Origin: Klebsormidium nitens
Taxonomy: Eukaryota; Plantae; Klebsormidiophyceae
Assembly: GCA_000708835.1 (NCBI GenBank)
Contig: DF237397.1
Coordinates: 10,262 to 74,261 of the forward strand
Direction: 5' to 3'
Length of the DNA: 64,000 nucleotides
The stretch's first letter is position 1. Each line of letters starts with the position of its first letter. Of this stretch, positions 1 to 12,016 are shown piece by piece. The notes below the pieces were generated by a model, which saw nothing but the letters and a program-made list of their open reading frames with translations, searched no databases and was not told where the DNA came from. The translations under genes and the position numbers were made by a program.

Positions 1-559
1 GTCCACACTGATCCCCTTGGCGGGACTGACCGCTTTTGTCTAAACCGGGAAATGCAACCAAGGCAGCAAATTAGTATTGAACGCGGTTGGTCGAGCGCAC
101 TGTGATGAACAAAGAAGCACTAAGCTCCGGTCACGATCAATATCAATCTCGGCATCTTGTTGCAGTTCTTCCCCCGGCAGGCTTCGTCATTGCACGACAC
201 CAGTTCGCCAATATAGGGAAAAGGAAGGCATGAAAAGAAACAACATAGGGGACAAAAAAGTGAAAGAGGTAAGGCGAAGGGACAGAAGATGAAGCAGGAA
301 GCAGAAAAGGAAGGGGGGGGCAGACGAACGAAAGAGTACTGGATTCAGAAAGACAACAAGGCGTGACAAGATGATCATGACGGGGTTCAGAAAAGGAGGC
401 ACATGAAAAAGAACAATGTGTGCAACGGAACGGAACGAAAAAAGAACCAGACTGGTGCGAAACGGAATAGAAAAACACGCGAACAGACGGGAAGACGCGA
501 GAACACAGATTCAAGACAAGAGAAGAGGCGAAGCAAGGAGGAAGACGAAGACCATAGAG

Positions 560-2717
560 AAGTGGGCAGAGGCGCACGGTGATGAGGTGCGCCAATAGAA
601 GCGACAAAGGAAACGGGACGCGGAGGTTAGAGAGACGCGAACAAAATTTAAAACATGAGGAGGAGAAATGGCCGGAAAAAAGGGGTGACGGAAGGAGAGC
701 AACGAGAAATCAGAGGAGGATTGGCAGAGACGCACCGTGACTGGGTGCGCCAACAAAAGCGAGAAACGAAAAGCGACGGCGGAGGGCAAAGGAATACGAA
801 CAAGAAGGAAGACGCGAGGGGAAGAAGTATAAACAGAATTAAAGGCAAAGTAAGGGGGAGAGACGGAGAACTGGAAAGAATCAGGCACAAATGTAACGTG
901 ACTGGGTGCGCCAGCAAAAGCAAACCAAAAAGGACGCGGAGGGTAGGGAGACGCGAACAGAAAGGAAGACGCAAGGAGGAAGAATTAGAACAGAACTAGA
1001 GGCAAAGCAAGGGGAAGAACGAAGAACAAGGACGAGATCAGGCAAAAGCGCAACGTGACTGGGTGCGCCAAACGACGCGAGAAACGAAAAGCGACGCGGT
1101 GGGTAGAGGGCTGCGAAGAGAAAAACAGACGCGAGGAGAAAATGTCAGAAAAAAGTTAGTGGCAAAGCAAGGGGGAAAACGGGGAACCAGAGAGAGCTGG
1201 ACAGAGGCGCTCAGTGACTGAGTGCGACAACAGAAGCGAGAAAGGGAATACAACGCGGAAGAGAGACACGAAAAGAAAGCAAGACTCGAAGAGAAAGAAT
1301 CAGCAGGAAAACACAAGGGGTGAAGGAAGGAGAATAGCAAGAAAACAGAGGAGAAAAGGGCAGAGGCGCACCGCGATTGGGTGCGCCAACAGAAACGAGG
1401 AACGCGCACGGAGGAAGAATCAGGAAAAGAAGGGGTGAAGCAGAAAGCGGAACGAAGAACCGGAAGAGAAGTGGGCAGAGGCGCACGGAGACTGGGTGCG
1501 CCAAGAAAGAGGAACACCACGCGGTGGGTAGACGGATGCAAACAGAGAGGAAAACACGAGGGGAAAAATCAGGAGAAAAGAAGCGGTGAAGCAAGGAGAG
1601 GACGACGAACCAGAATAAGATCAGGCAAAGGCGCACGAGGACTGGGTTCGCATACAAGAGCGAGAATGGAAACGACGCGGATTGTAGAGAGACGCGGACA
1701 GAAAGGAAGACGGCAAAAGAAAGACAAGAGACGAGGCGGAGCAAGGAGAAAAAGGGAAAGGTAGAGAGACGTGGGCAGAGGGGAACAGAGACTGAGTGCG
1801 CCAACAGAAGCGAGGAAGGAAACACGACGCGGAGGGCAGGCAGGCGCGAACGAAAAAGCGACGCGAGGAGGAAGAGTTAGGAGAAAGAAAGCGGTGAAGC
1901 AAGGAGAGAAGCTTAGAACCGGAAGGAGATTAGGCAGAGGCGCACCGTGACTGGGTGCGCCAACAAAGCGAACGTGGCGATGAAGGTATGTAGACGCGAA
2001 CGAAAAGGAAGACGCGAGGAGGCAGACTCAGGAAAGAAGTAGGAGCAAAGCAAGGACAAGAACCTAGAATCGGAAAGAGATGAGGAAAAAGGGCATCGTG
2101 ATTGGGTGTGCCAGAAAAGCGAGAAACGAAAGCGACGCGGAGGGTAGGAACCGCGAACGGGATGGAGGACGCGAGGAGAAAGATTAGGCAAAACAGGAGG
2201 GGTGAACGCAGGAGAGCAACGAAGAACCGGAAGAAGATTGGCAGAGACGCACCGTGACTGAGTGCGCCAACAAAAGCGAAACGAAAAGGGACGCGGAGGG
2301 CAGGGGCAGAGAGATTCGAACAAACATGGAGACGCGAGGAAGAATGATAGCTTGAAAGAAGGGGTAAAGGAGGGAGAGCAACGAAGCACCGGAAGAAGAT
2401 AGGCAAAGAGGCACCGTAACTGGGTGTGCCAACAAAAATGAGAAACAAAAGCGACGCGGAGAGTAGAGAAATGCGCACAGAAAGGAAGAGACGAGGAGGC
2501 AAATTCAGGAAAGACGTAGAGGCAAAGCAAAGGAGAAAGTCAAAGAACCAGAAAGAGACTAGGCAAAAGCGCACCGTGATTGGGGGCGACAACAAAGGCG
2601 AGAAACGAACAGCCGCGCGGTGGGTAGAGAGATGCAAACAGAAGAGAAGAGGCTTGGGGAAGAGAAAAGGCGAGGCTTGAAGACAGACAGAATTTGCGAG
2701 AGTGGGTATAGGCGCAC
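560..2717 (-). repeat. Intronic tandem array, about 14 degenerate units of about 155 bp; each unit copies the 3' end and 5' splice site of exon 2810-2718
   Basis: The plus-strand core GGCGCACCGTGAYTGGGTGCGCCAACAAAAGCG recurs near 569, 727, 893, 1048, 1205, 1363, 1479, 1629, 1784, 1936, 2092, 2245, 2408 and 2567. The authentic junction is at 2710-2735. Spacers are strongly purine-rich on the plus strand (pyrimidine-rich on the sense strand). Confidence 0.9.
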
Positions 2718-5700
2718 CGTGATTGGGTTGACAAAAAGCATGCGGCGGCCTGAGTGGTACGCCCATATGCTGATCAGCCGCTCTAGCAGGTAACAGTAGC
2801 AGTGCAGGCTCTGCGAATGCAAGAACAATCTCGTCAGGTCGATTTGGATGGAATTGACAATGAGCTCAAGAAAGACCGGTCTGCAACTACGCAGCCTCAT
2901 TATTCTACGCTCCATCTCAGCTTGTCAAAAGGAGCGTCGCCTAAAACCTCCAAGGGTGATAGAATCGTAGACTGATAACGAGGTCTCTCTATTATCAACA
3001 AGACTGGATCCATGTTCACATCCCTCGCGTCGAATTCCCCTAGCCGCGGAGTTGAAACCTGCGTTCTTCTCGTTTGATCTCCAGTTCCATGTGGATCGTT
3101 CCCGATTGAAGTCTCAGTTGAAAATGCTCTGGATTTTTGACGGACAAGAATACGTCGGACGATAAGAGCATAATTGTAGAAAGTAGACCCCTCCTTACGA
3201 GTTCTGCGTTGAAGTTGGTGAGTACCGGATGCGGAACAGGATGGTACGAGCAATTCACGCAGAACGTCGAGCAGTTGCAACGTCGGTACTCCACGAGAGC
3301 GGGGCTGACCAGAAAAGAAGATGCTCCTGCGATAGGCATACTGGGGGGCTACGCTCACCTCGTATTCCGGGCTGCTCGAGACCCCCTGGGCCAGAATGCA
3401 TACGTTTGCGTCCCGGTGCGTGTGAAACCACATGTCATCGACCGCGATGAAGAAGTCCCTGCGGGAGATCGAATCTGGACTTTTGCTGAACCATCTTAGC
3501 TAGGAGAAAGTCCAGTTGGCCGATCCGTCCGGGAAAGCGGTGCCCAGGATGGAGCTTCGGTTTCGACCCTCAATTTTGGGGTTGGGTTCTGCCGTATTTG
3601 GGGTCCCATTTGAGAGCTTGGAAACTCAAGAAAAGGAGCTCAGTTGGCAGATTCATGCACCTGAAAAGTCGATTAGAAGCCAGTGCAGAGAAGGCCCTGA
3701 GCCGGATCGTCTGCGGCATAACCAATTTTTTAGCGGTGATAAAAGTTCCTCTTACGGTTATCAGGAAAGAGTGGTGCACGCAATGCGCTAGACACTCAAT
3801 TGTGCCAAGAGCACAAGAGTTTAGGCGGGGGCTTGACAGACGGGGGCAGCGAGCGATCAACGGAGTACTAGTTGAAAATTGTTCTTTGGAAACATACAGT
3901 TCCAAACCTGAACAGGTAGCTCAACGTGAGGCGCTGTCAGCCTTGGTCTCAGAAGTCGTGCTGGAGGGGTGATGGCAGCCCACAAAAGCGGACAGATCTC
4001 AGAGGTAGCTCACAGGTGGTAGATGTGAGCTCAGAGTACGAAGCGCATGTACTCGTGAAAGCTATTTTGCCACATGACGCCCTAACTCATGGAAAAGTAA
4101 TAGCGCTCCACTTTATCCAATGTGTGGCTCAAGGTAAGGCGCTGTCCAACCAAAATTCACAGCTACCACCAACCTTGGAATTCATTGGGAGCACTCGAAA
4201 CCGAGGGTTTCAAAGGCCTCACTTACATCACGAAGCGCGTCTGATCGAGGAAAGGAGTTCTTCAATGACCTGATAAGGACCCGAAAGCAGTCTACCGGGC
4301 ATACTCAGCTTTGACGGTCCCCCTGTCCACGTACCGATCAGGCGTTGGTTCGAAAGAATTGCAGCGAACCGACAGGAGTTCAGCTTCAAGCTTTCCGAGC
4401 TCTCACCTTATCAAGCACATGTACTTCAAGAAGCTCTCGGTCCAACGCAACAAGAGGCGCTGTCAGCGCAATACGTAACACCAGAGTCGAACCTTGGAAA
4501 GTATATCGGAGACAGTCTATGAATGCTGATATTCAAGGGCGGAAAATGCTGAAGGTCTCACTCACCTTACGAAGCGCATGTACTCGAGAAAGCTCTCCGT
4601 CCGCATGACGAAGTAGCTCATGAACACCCAGGCCCCGCCGTCATTGGGCATCGGAGGCGCGTCCGGAGCGTCGGTTTCGCCGGTCCGGTGACCGAACAGT
4701 ACGCCAAACGCGCGCTGAAAAGCGATCCTGCGGGCACAATTGGCTTGTTGAGTATGTACGAACGGCTTGCATCTGCTCGTGTTAAACGTCCTGATAGAAC
4801 GACAGACGCGGTGGTTTGGCTTCGGAGGCACGTCCGGAGCGTCGGTTTCGCCGGTCCGGTGACCGAACAGTACGCCGAACGCCCGCCGAAAAGCAATCCT
4901 GTGGGGAGGTCAAAATGGCTCATGAAATATGCCCAAGCGGCTTGCATTGCCTCGTATAGGAATTTGAGATCAAACGGCTGTTCGCCATCGTTGGGCATTG
5001 GCGGCGCTTCCGGAGCATCGGTTTTGCCGGTCCAGTGCCCGAATACTACCCCGAACGCTCGTTGAAAAGCAGTCCTGCGGCAAGCAATGAATGTCGAAAT
5101 GAGAAGCCCGACCCGTTTTTGAGATCCGGGAGGCAGTGCCAGACTGAAACCAAGTTACGGAGCGGTAAGGGGAAGGATTCGCTGTTGCTGGGGGAACGGC
5201 ACTTCCATTTTACCGGTCCGGTGACCGGATGGTACGTCAAGCGCTCGTTGAAAAGCGATTTTATGGGCGGTAAGATGTTTGTTATGGAAATTCCGACCGA
5301 TTAGAGATCCGGAAAGCAGTGCCGAAGTGAGACCAAGCTGCAAACCGTTTCAAGAAGGCTCCGCCGTTGAGGGGCTTTCGGCGACGCACCTGGGGAGTCC
5401 GTTTCGACAGGCCGATGACCAAATATTTGCCCGAAAGCCCGCTGAAATGCAACCTTGGGTGGAATCAAAAGTGGTTCAGTGAGTATGCACAGACGGGTGC
5501 GCTGTCCTGAGATAGGAGTTGAGGTCCAAACGGAGCCGTCCTTGAGCTTTGGCGGCGCTTACAGAGCTAACCGTCTAATGTCCAGAAAGCCGAATGCCAG
5601 CTAAAAGCAATCCGGCGGGATGGAAATCATCGTTAGGGGCACCATGCGAAGTTTTAACTTTCTCATAAGATAATGACAGCCTTGAAAGACACTTCATCAA

Positions 5701-8700
5701 GCAGATTGCCGTCGCTTTGACATCGAAGGCGCTGCCGAAGAGTCCGTTCCGCCGAGCTGGAGTTCAACGGTACGCTCAATGCCCAAGGAGAGAACACGAA
5801 AAGGAATAGCAACGGCTACGTAGCAAGCATATTGATTGCAAGTAAGGTGATGAAGCTTACCAATATACCAGCCAGAGAAGGAAGAGAGGGGTGCATGCAT
5901 GCAGGCGTGACGTTTAAACCCCGTGCAGTGCTCGTGACTGCAACTAGAGGTTTTCCAAGCTCAAAGCATCCGTGCTTCGTAGTCGAAAAGTGGTTTGGAT
6001 GATTTTGAGGACCAAAGCTAGCGCATCCATCTAACCAGACAGATCAGACGTAGACGACAAAGGACCGTTTGAGGGTCGTTTTTGCAGTGAGCGTCGATAA
6101 GACCGCAACCGCGCCCAAATCTAGCACACAGGACATTCAAGATTCTCAGCCAGAAATCACTTCAGCGACTGCAGTCTGAGTCAGGGGATGTCCGGAATGG
6201 CGAGTTAGACAGAATGTGACACGCAATGAAGAGGGCAGAAAGGGTGAAACGGATCTAAGCTGACAGGCTCACTTGCAGTGCTTGTGGCTTCGGTCGCAGT
6301 GCTCGTAAAAGTCCAACACGCGTACGTCGTCCTCCCCCCCGTCTGACCAGAAGTAGATTGCATCGCCGTGGCTTCGCTTCCCGATGGCCGATAGAATCGA
6401 GTCCTCCGCCGCTTGCGAGATGGCTCTCTGCGCAGACCACGTTCTAGAATCAGTCGGTATGGTTTAACATTCATTTACCGGATTACCGAAAGTAAAGCGC
6501 GTCGTCGTGGCTCTGCTTTCGGGTCGGTCTCACAATCGAGTCCTCTGCCGCTTGCAACAGGGCTTTGTGCAGATACAGAAAGACAGAATTTTAACTTTGC
6601 TTTACAAGGTCAGAGAAAATTTTGGCAGTTGCTTCCGCTTTATATGTTCGACCCGAAAAACCACGTTGTTTCGCCTAAAATCATGGTGGCCCTTACCCAT
6701 CGAGGCTCCGCTGCTTGCACAAGAGCACTCTGCACAGACGCAATCGTTAGATCCTTCAAAGATTGTTTTTCCCAAAGAATGTTGAGCTTATGCCACGGTC
6801 CGACACGAACGTAGACTACTTTGTCATGGCTCCGCTTCCGGGTAGCCTTTCAAATAAGAGTCCTCCGCTGCTTACGAGATGGCTCTCTGCACGTATCAAT
6901 GTCATTAGTGCGTAAGAAGCAAATTTCAGGTGCAGGAAAACGAGAAAAACCCGCAGCTGCGTGGTCCCGCTCCTGGTGGCTAACAGAACCAAGTCATCCG
7001 TGGCTTTCGAAAAGGGCTCTCTGCACGTGCGAACAATTCAAGCGGTCAGTGAGACAAGTTTACTTCCCGTCAAATCCATAAGAAATGCGCCATAGAGCCG
7101 CCTCTTCTCGAATATCTGGATCGACTCTTCCGCCGCTTGCAAGGGGGCTCAGACCATTCAGATAGGAGAGAAGGTTTGTTCCTCTCCTCGTTCCGGACAG
7201 ATTCAGAACACGTCGCAGTGCCTTTGCTTCTGAATTGGTCGCCGAGCTTTGACGTTCACCAAAGAAAGCCTTACATTCAAAGCCAGTGCGAAGCAACCAA
7301 TAGCACCGAGACTCTTGAGCTGTACCTCAACATCTTTTAGACAGACCTGCACTCACCCGCTTATCGACGGCCCTCCAGCTCTGGAACCCAATCCACTCCT
7401 GGGGGTGTAATCGCGCAGCGTGTGCGGCCACCGCCAGCATGCCCGAGAACTCGCACAGCAGGTTCTGGTAGTACGGGTCCGTCGCCAGGGGGAACATTGT
7501 GGGGGCGTCCAAATCGTCCGAGTTCGGACGCCGCTGGCCGGCAGCCTGGAGAAAAGGAGTGAAGGGAAATGATGAGACTCGTTGAATAACCTATAAATAT
7601 CGAAAGTAGTAGGAATCCGGAGGAAGTCGCACAGCAGGTTTTGGTAGTAAGGGTCCGTTGCGAGGGGAAACTTCGCGGGGGCGTCCAAATCGTCCGAGTC
7701 TGGACGACGCTGGCCGGCAGCCTGAGGAATAGGAAAGAACCCAGAACTTGACTTCAGTCGGTCTGAAAATTTGAAGAAAGGCTTAAAATACGAGGGGTTC
7801 GCACTGCAGTTCTGAGACAAGTACCATTCCATTCGGCTACGGGGGACACACGTCCGTAGGGGGCGTACCGAAACCGGTTCGGACGTTTGGACGACCGCGA
7901 ACGGTTGACGAGCCGTAGGACGAAAGACGACNNNNNNNNNNNNNNNNNNNNNNNNNNNNNNNNNNNNNNNNNNNNNNNNNNNNNNNNNNNNNNNNNNNNN
8001 NNNNNNNNNNNNNNNNNNNNNNNNNNNNNNNNNNNNNNNNNNNNNNNNNNNNNNNNNNNNNNNNNNNNNNNNNNNNNNNNNNNNNNNNNNNNNNNNNNNN
8101 NNNNNNNNNNNNNNNNNNNNNNNNNNNNNNNNNNNNNNNNNNNNNGACGCCGCGACTTGCAGCCTGGAGGAAAGAGACGACTATTGGCAGAGGACAAAAA
8201 GAATCGAAAAGTTCACGAGCAAAAGCAGGAGATTCGGAGGGTTCGCATAGCGGGTTCTGGCAGTACGGGTCCGTCGCGAGAGGAAACATGGTGGGCCGTC
8301 CAAATCGTCTGAATTCGGACGCCGCTGGCCCGCAGCCTGGAGAAGAGGTAAAAAATGAATTGCAAGTAGATACAAAGAAGCGAGAGTGTCAGCGGCTTAT
8401 GCAGAGAACTTCGGAGGGATTACAGAGCAGCTGGTAGTACGGCCCATCGCCAGGGGAAACATGGTGGGCCGTTCAAAAGGTCCGTATTCAGACGCCGCTG
8501 GCCGGCAGCCTGGAGATCAGAGGAGATTAAAAGGCATATTGAGATTTCTCGCTCAGAGAGCAGAAAAATTGAAAGGTTTGCACAGCAAGCTCCAAAATCG
8601 TACGGCTTTACCGCCAGGGGAACATGGAAGGGGCGTCCAAATTCCGTTCAAATTCGGAGGCCGCTGGCTGGCAGCGTATCTAACACAAACAAGGTCAGGG

Positions 8701-10655
8701 CGACTTCTCTCTTCGTGATATGCCCGAGTGCTTCGGAAAACCAATCTGGCAGTACGGGTCCGGCGCAAGGGAAAACAATCTAGGGGCGTAGATTGTCAGT
8801 ATTCAGACGCCGCTGGCCGCCAGCCTGGCGATTCTCGAGGAGCTGTCTTGTAGATTCTTTCGAAAACTGAAAGTCTCGAAGGTGAAGAAGACAATCTGGA
8901 GGTATTGCACGGAAGAATTTATGGTTGCGGGTCATCACCAAGAAAGTCGCAAAGCAATCTGGACGCAAGGGTTCATCGTTTGGGCATCCAAAGATAACTT
9001 CGCTGGTTCAGGAACTTATCTGGGTCAGCGGCCGGATTCAGACGAATGCGGTCAGATCTGAAAGTCAAGATATTGTAAAACAAGGAGATTTCAGAGAAAT
9101 TGCACAACTGAGTTTGTCAGTAGTTGTCTGGTGCCAGAGGGACCATCTGGAGGCGTCGAGATCAAGGGCGTCGAAGTCAATGCTTTTGCCCAGCCGCGCG
9201 GTAAGAACAGTGAGACAAGTACATTAGTACTCGTTTCCTATGTGAAAATTTGTACACTTGCCAATCGCTGCTGATGCTCTGAAGAGCGTACAACGAAGTA
9301 GACATCCGCTCTAGTTGGAGGCATGTGCAGACGAATACGTTTGTCGAATTTGGTCGCCTCTGGCTGATAGCCTTAACTAGGAAAGAGAAGGTGAAACAGC
9401 CCCGAAATATCCTGGTTTGGAGTCAAAAGGCGACATCCCTGGAAAGTCGTACAGTTACTTTCACGAAGTGAGAGGCTGTTTACTGCGGACCCGACTGACA
9501 AGCGTTCAATCGAAACCTCACCTGATTCAGCCCTCTGTACAGGCTGTTGTTGTACAGGTTGTGGTAACATGCTGTGCTGTGGTACTGCTGGTAGATGACC
9601 AGGGTGAGGCTGGAGGGTCTTGGCTGACCGATGTTGGTCAGGGGCTTGGTTCTGAGCAATGGCCGGTGTTCAATCTGGCAAGCAGTCAAAAGTCTGTTCT
9701 CAGGGATTGCTCTTGTGGCCTTGGGGTTGGAAGGCTCTCTGTCTCAGAAAAGCGTGTCGTAAGGGCTTGTAGTGGCTTGCTTATCATGTTTGCCGTCCAA
9801 GCCTTCTGAACATATCCAATTCAATATCCGTCAAAGGACTCTCGGATAATCGCGTCGGCCTCCTCACCATAAGGAAACACGCAGATAAGCCAGAGCGGCA
9901 CCGAAACGATAGCCTACAGAGAGGATGGTGTTGTAGAACCTGTCGAACCAGTAAGCTGAAAATCAATCAGCGGATTTTGTAGGTAAAAGTGGCTAAATTT
10001 AAGCAAGAGTCAATGGAGGGGGAGCCTGTCTAACCTTTGAAGTTTCAAAAGCTTATGTGTTCGAGAACGACTTAATAGGTGAAACGTGTAAGGGGCTCAA
10101 AAGACTCTTTCGCTCTGGGCTGATTTGGTTCCATTTTATGGAGACAAGTTGCACATGACCGTTACTGACGACACTCTGGGGTCAATTCCATTGGGCATGG
10201 CTTCATTCTGTTGGCAGAGAACGGTCAGATGGAAAGGCGTGAATAAATAATTGGCAAAACTTCATACAGCACCTGAAATGGTTCACAGAACTGAACTTCA
10301 TAGGAGAGCGACATCATGCCCTTGGACAATCTGTTGTTATTTCTTGCTGAACATTCTGCAATCCTTGAGTGTATGCCAGCAAGGGAATCATAAAACATCT
10401 GCTTCAAGTGGAAACTTCAAGTATGTACAACGCTTCACTGAGTGAAAGCATTGCTGCCAGAATGTAAATCCAACAATTCTCAAACTTTAAGCAGTCAGTG
10501 TAGTAAACCAGCGTATCACGGAAGGTTGGCTCTGGCGACCTTACCTCGACGCTGTCTCGAGTCAAGATGTACATTGCTGACATCACCAGTATGAAGGTAG
10601 CGGCCAGGCTGGCAAGGGCATTCCGGAAAGCATGCTTGAGAGACAGGCCTCGCAT
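2718..10655 (-). CDS. Type II membrane protein homologous to the C-terminal half of plant BUP/At5g04480-At4g01210-type glycosyltransferases; 3' end lies beyond the left edge of the window
   Basis: Phase-consistent GT-AG exons in transcription order: 10655-10545 (MRGLSLKHAFRNALASLAATFILVMSAMYILTRDSVE, one hydrophobic anchor), 9674-9522 (...LVIYQQYHSTACYHNLYNNSLYRGLNQ), 7545-7357 (...SDDLDAPTMFPLATDPYYQNLLCEFSGML...WIGFQSWRAVDKR), 6427-6273 (...GDAIYFWSD...FYEHCD), 4727-4566 (IAFQRAFG...PPMPNDGGAW...FVMRTESFLEYMRFVR), 3458-3359, 2810-2718 (SLHCYCYLLERLISIWAYHSGRRMLFVNPIT); 321 codons in the window. The motifs match, in order, my recollection of the Arabidopsis At5g04480 C-terminus (SLYRGL; DDVDA...YY..LCE.GGM; WIGFQSWRA; IYFW; LPPMP..G..W; MPTPSFLEFVMFSR; HCYC..LE...WAYHSGR.M...NP). 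The first two exons are less certain than the other five. Confidence 0.85.
4020..5460 (-). repeat. Degenerate copies of both ends of exon 4727-4566 in the flanking introns
   Basis: Acceptor plus exon-start copies (plus strand CCGGTCCGGTGACCGAACAGTACGCC...AAAAGCGATCCTGCGGG) near 4850, 5025, 5215 and 5400. Donor plus exon-end copies (CTCACCTTACGAAGCGCATGTACTCG) near 4403, 4218 and 4035. Confidence 0.85.
6530..7165 (-). repeat. About 5 degenerate copies of the acceptor and 5' end of exon 6427-6273
   Basis: The plus-strand motif GAGTCCTCCGCCGCTTGCGAGATGGCTCTCTGCGCAGA (true copy about 6398-6435) is echoed near 6538, 6703, 6858, 7010 and 7122. Confidence 0.8.
7600..9050 (-). repeat. At least 6 degenerate copies of the acceptor and first about 95 nt of exon 7545-7357, interrupted by an assembly gap
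   Basis: The plus-strand motif GGTAGTACGGGTCCGTCGCCAGGGGGAAC...TCGGACGCCGCTGGCCGGCAGCCTG recurs near 7640-7725, 8145-8165, 8255-8340, 8430-8512, 8595-8675 and 8745-8828, with a weak trace near 9030. Confidence 0.85.
7932..8145. other. Assembly gap (214 N)
   Basis: Run of N inside the repeat array. Confidence 0.99.
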
Positions 10656-11605
10656 CACCCTGTCTCAGCCTTGCCCCCAAGCCTAGTTGTTGCCGGTACG
10701 ATGCAGGCAATAGAAACCCGGACTCCGGTTTGCTACCTTCTATGCACTGCTTGCTGCTTCTTGTAAGTTTGATCCGACTGGGGAATGCAGACAGGGGTAG
10801 ATGTCTGAATGTGGTCGCTCATTAGGATATAGAAACCTGCCTAAGCCGCTCTTGATCAAATGCGCTGGAACAGCAGCAAAATTACTGGATTCGAAAGCAA
10901 AACCTTCTTTCTAAAACCTTCAGAAGCTTCTGTTCCGTCAAACCGATCATTGCAACGGGGTAAGACAAAACGAGCCGGTGCGCACGACTAGTTCTCTTTG
11001 GGCTGGAGAGGCTCATCAACTATTGAACCAGCATTCAGTCAACAGGTCTCAGCTGGAAGAAAGTGTTGCTGACTTTGATCCATGCGCGCACCAGCTCCGC
11101 CTTCTCCGCAAACTTCGGGAGGGCTCTCTTTGATCGCAGCCTTTCCACCTAGAATGCAGCGTGTGACCACGCTATAATGTTGCCAAGTTGCCACCACAAA
11201 CTGAACAGCTTGTAGCCAAGCAAGCAATGGTGTTGGATGCCTTTGCTGCAGACTTGCTCCTTGATGCCCTTCTGAACACCTCTGCGAATGTCTCTTGGGA
11301 CTCGAGTCTTGTGCTTCTTATTTCTATCAGTGGTAACCAGGTAAGGATCCAGCCAGCCTAGCTCAGCAATCAGGTTTCAGATTGAAAGCGTTTTAAGGGG
11401 GAAACCAGCATCGACTTATACCAATCTCTATGGAATTATAATATAGCCTATAGGCAGCGAGAGCCGCATTCTGCTGCAGTGCGCAGCAGGTTGCTTAATT
11501 TCAGCCGTGCTGCTTTGCCCACACGGAACCATACATTCTGAGGGTGCATATATGGTATATGGCCCAGGGCACAGCGCCTTGAGCTGTCCCAGGCTAGCTG
11601 AGTAT

Positions 11606-12016
11606 GGCCGTCCGAATTTGATTGGCGGTTTCCTGTCCCCGATCGACCCAGACCGACCCAAATTCTGAGAAATAATCGAGTCGGCTGATATAATGTTCTG
11701 AAACTGTGGAGGTCAAAACCGATATTTGTCGTCTCAAAACGGGATTCTGGTTTGACAATAAGACGCCATCAGTGAACATGGATACTCTGAAAGGTTTGTA
11801 CCTCAGTGTGAAATCCAAGTTTACCATTGACGCCAGTGAAAACGCACGGTGCGTACCGGAAGAGGCCATTAATGGAAGTCAAATGAGAGCGGTAACGCTG
11901 ATATCCGCCAAAATAACCCTTACCATTTTTTGAGGAATATTTATCATATTCTTCCGAACGACCGACCCACCCCCAGAGGGGGTGGACAGGAAACCGGAAA
12001 TATAATTCGGACGGCC
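11606..12016. mobile_element. MITE-like non-autonomous DNA element (about 411 bp)
   Basis: Terminal inverted repeats GGCCGTCCGAATT...CGGTTTCCTGTCC (11606-11640) and GGACAGGAAACCG...AATTCGGACGGCC (11984-12016). No coding capacity and no clean TSD. Confidence 0.7.

Noticed and set aside
560-2717. CRISPR-like array of palindromic repeats
   Set aside because: The period is about 155 bp, the spacers are homologous to one another, there are no cas genes, the context is eukaryotic, and the repeat is a copy of an exon-intron junction.
77-2766. Many 60-280-aa ORFs in the six-frame track
   Set aside because: They are by-products of purine/pyrimidine strand skew in an intronic repeat array and give low-complexity translations.
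2900-4300. Retrotransposon (RT/integrase) remnant suggested by minus-strand ORFs
   Set aside because: No RT, RNase H or integrase motif was found. The protein-like parts are explained by BUP-like exon 3458-3359 and splice echoes.
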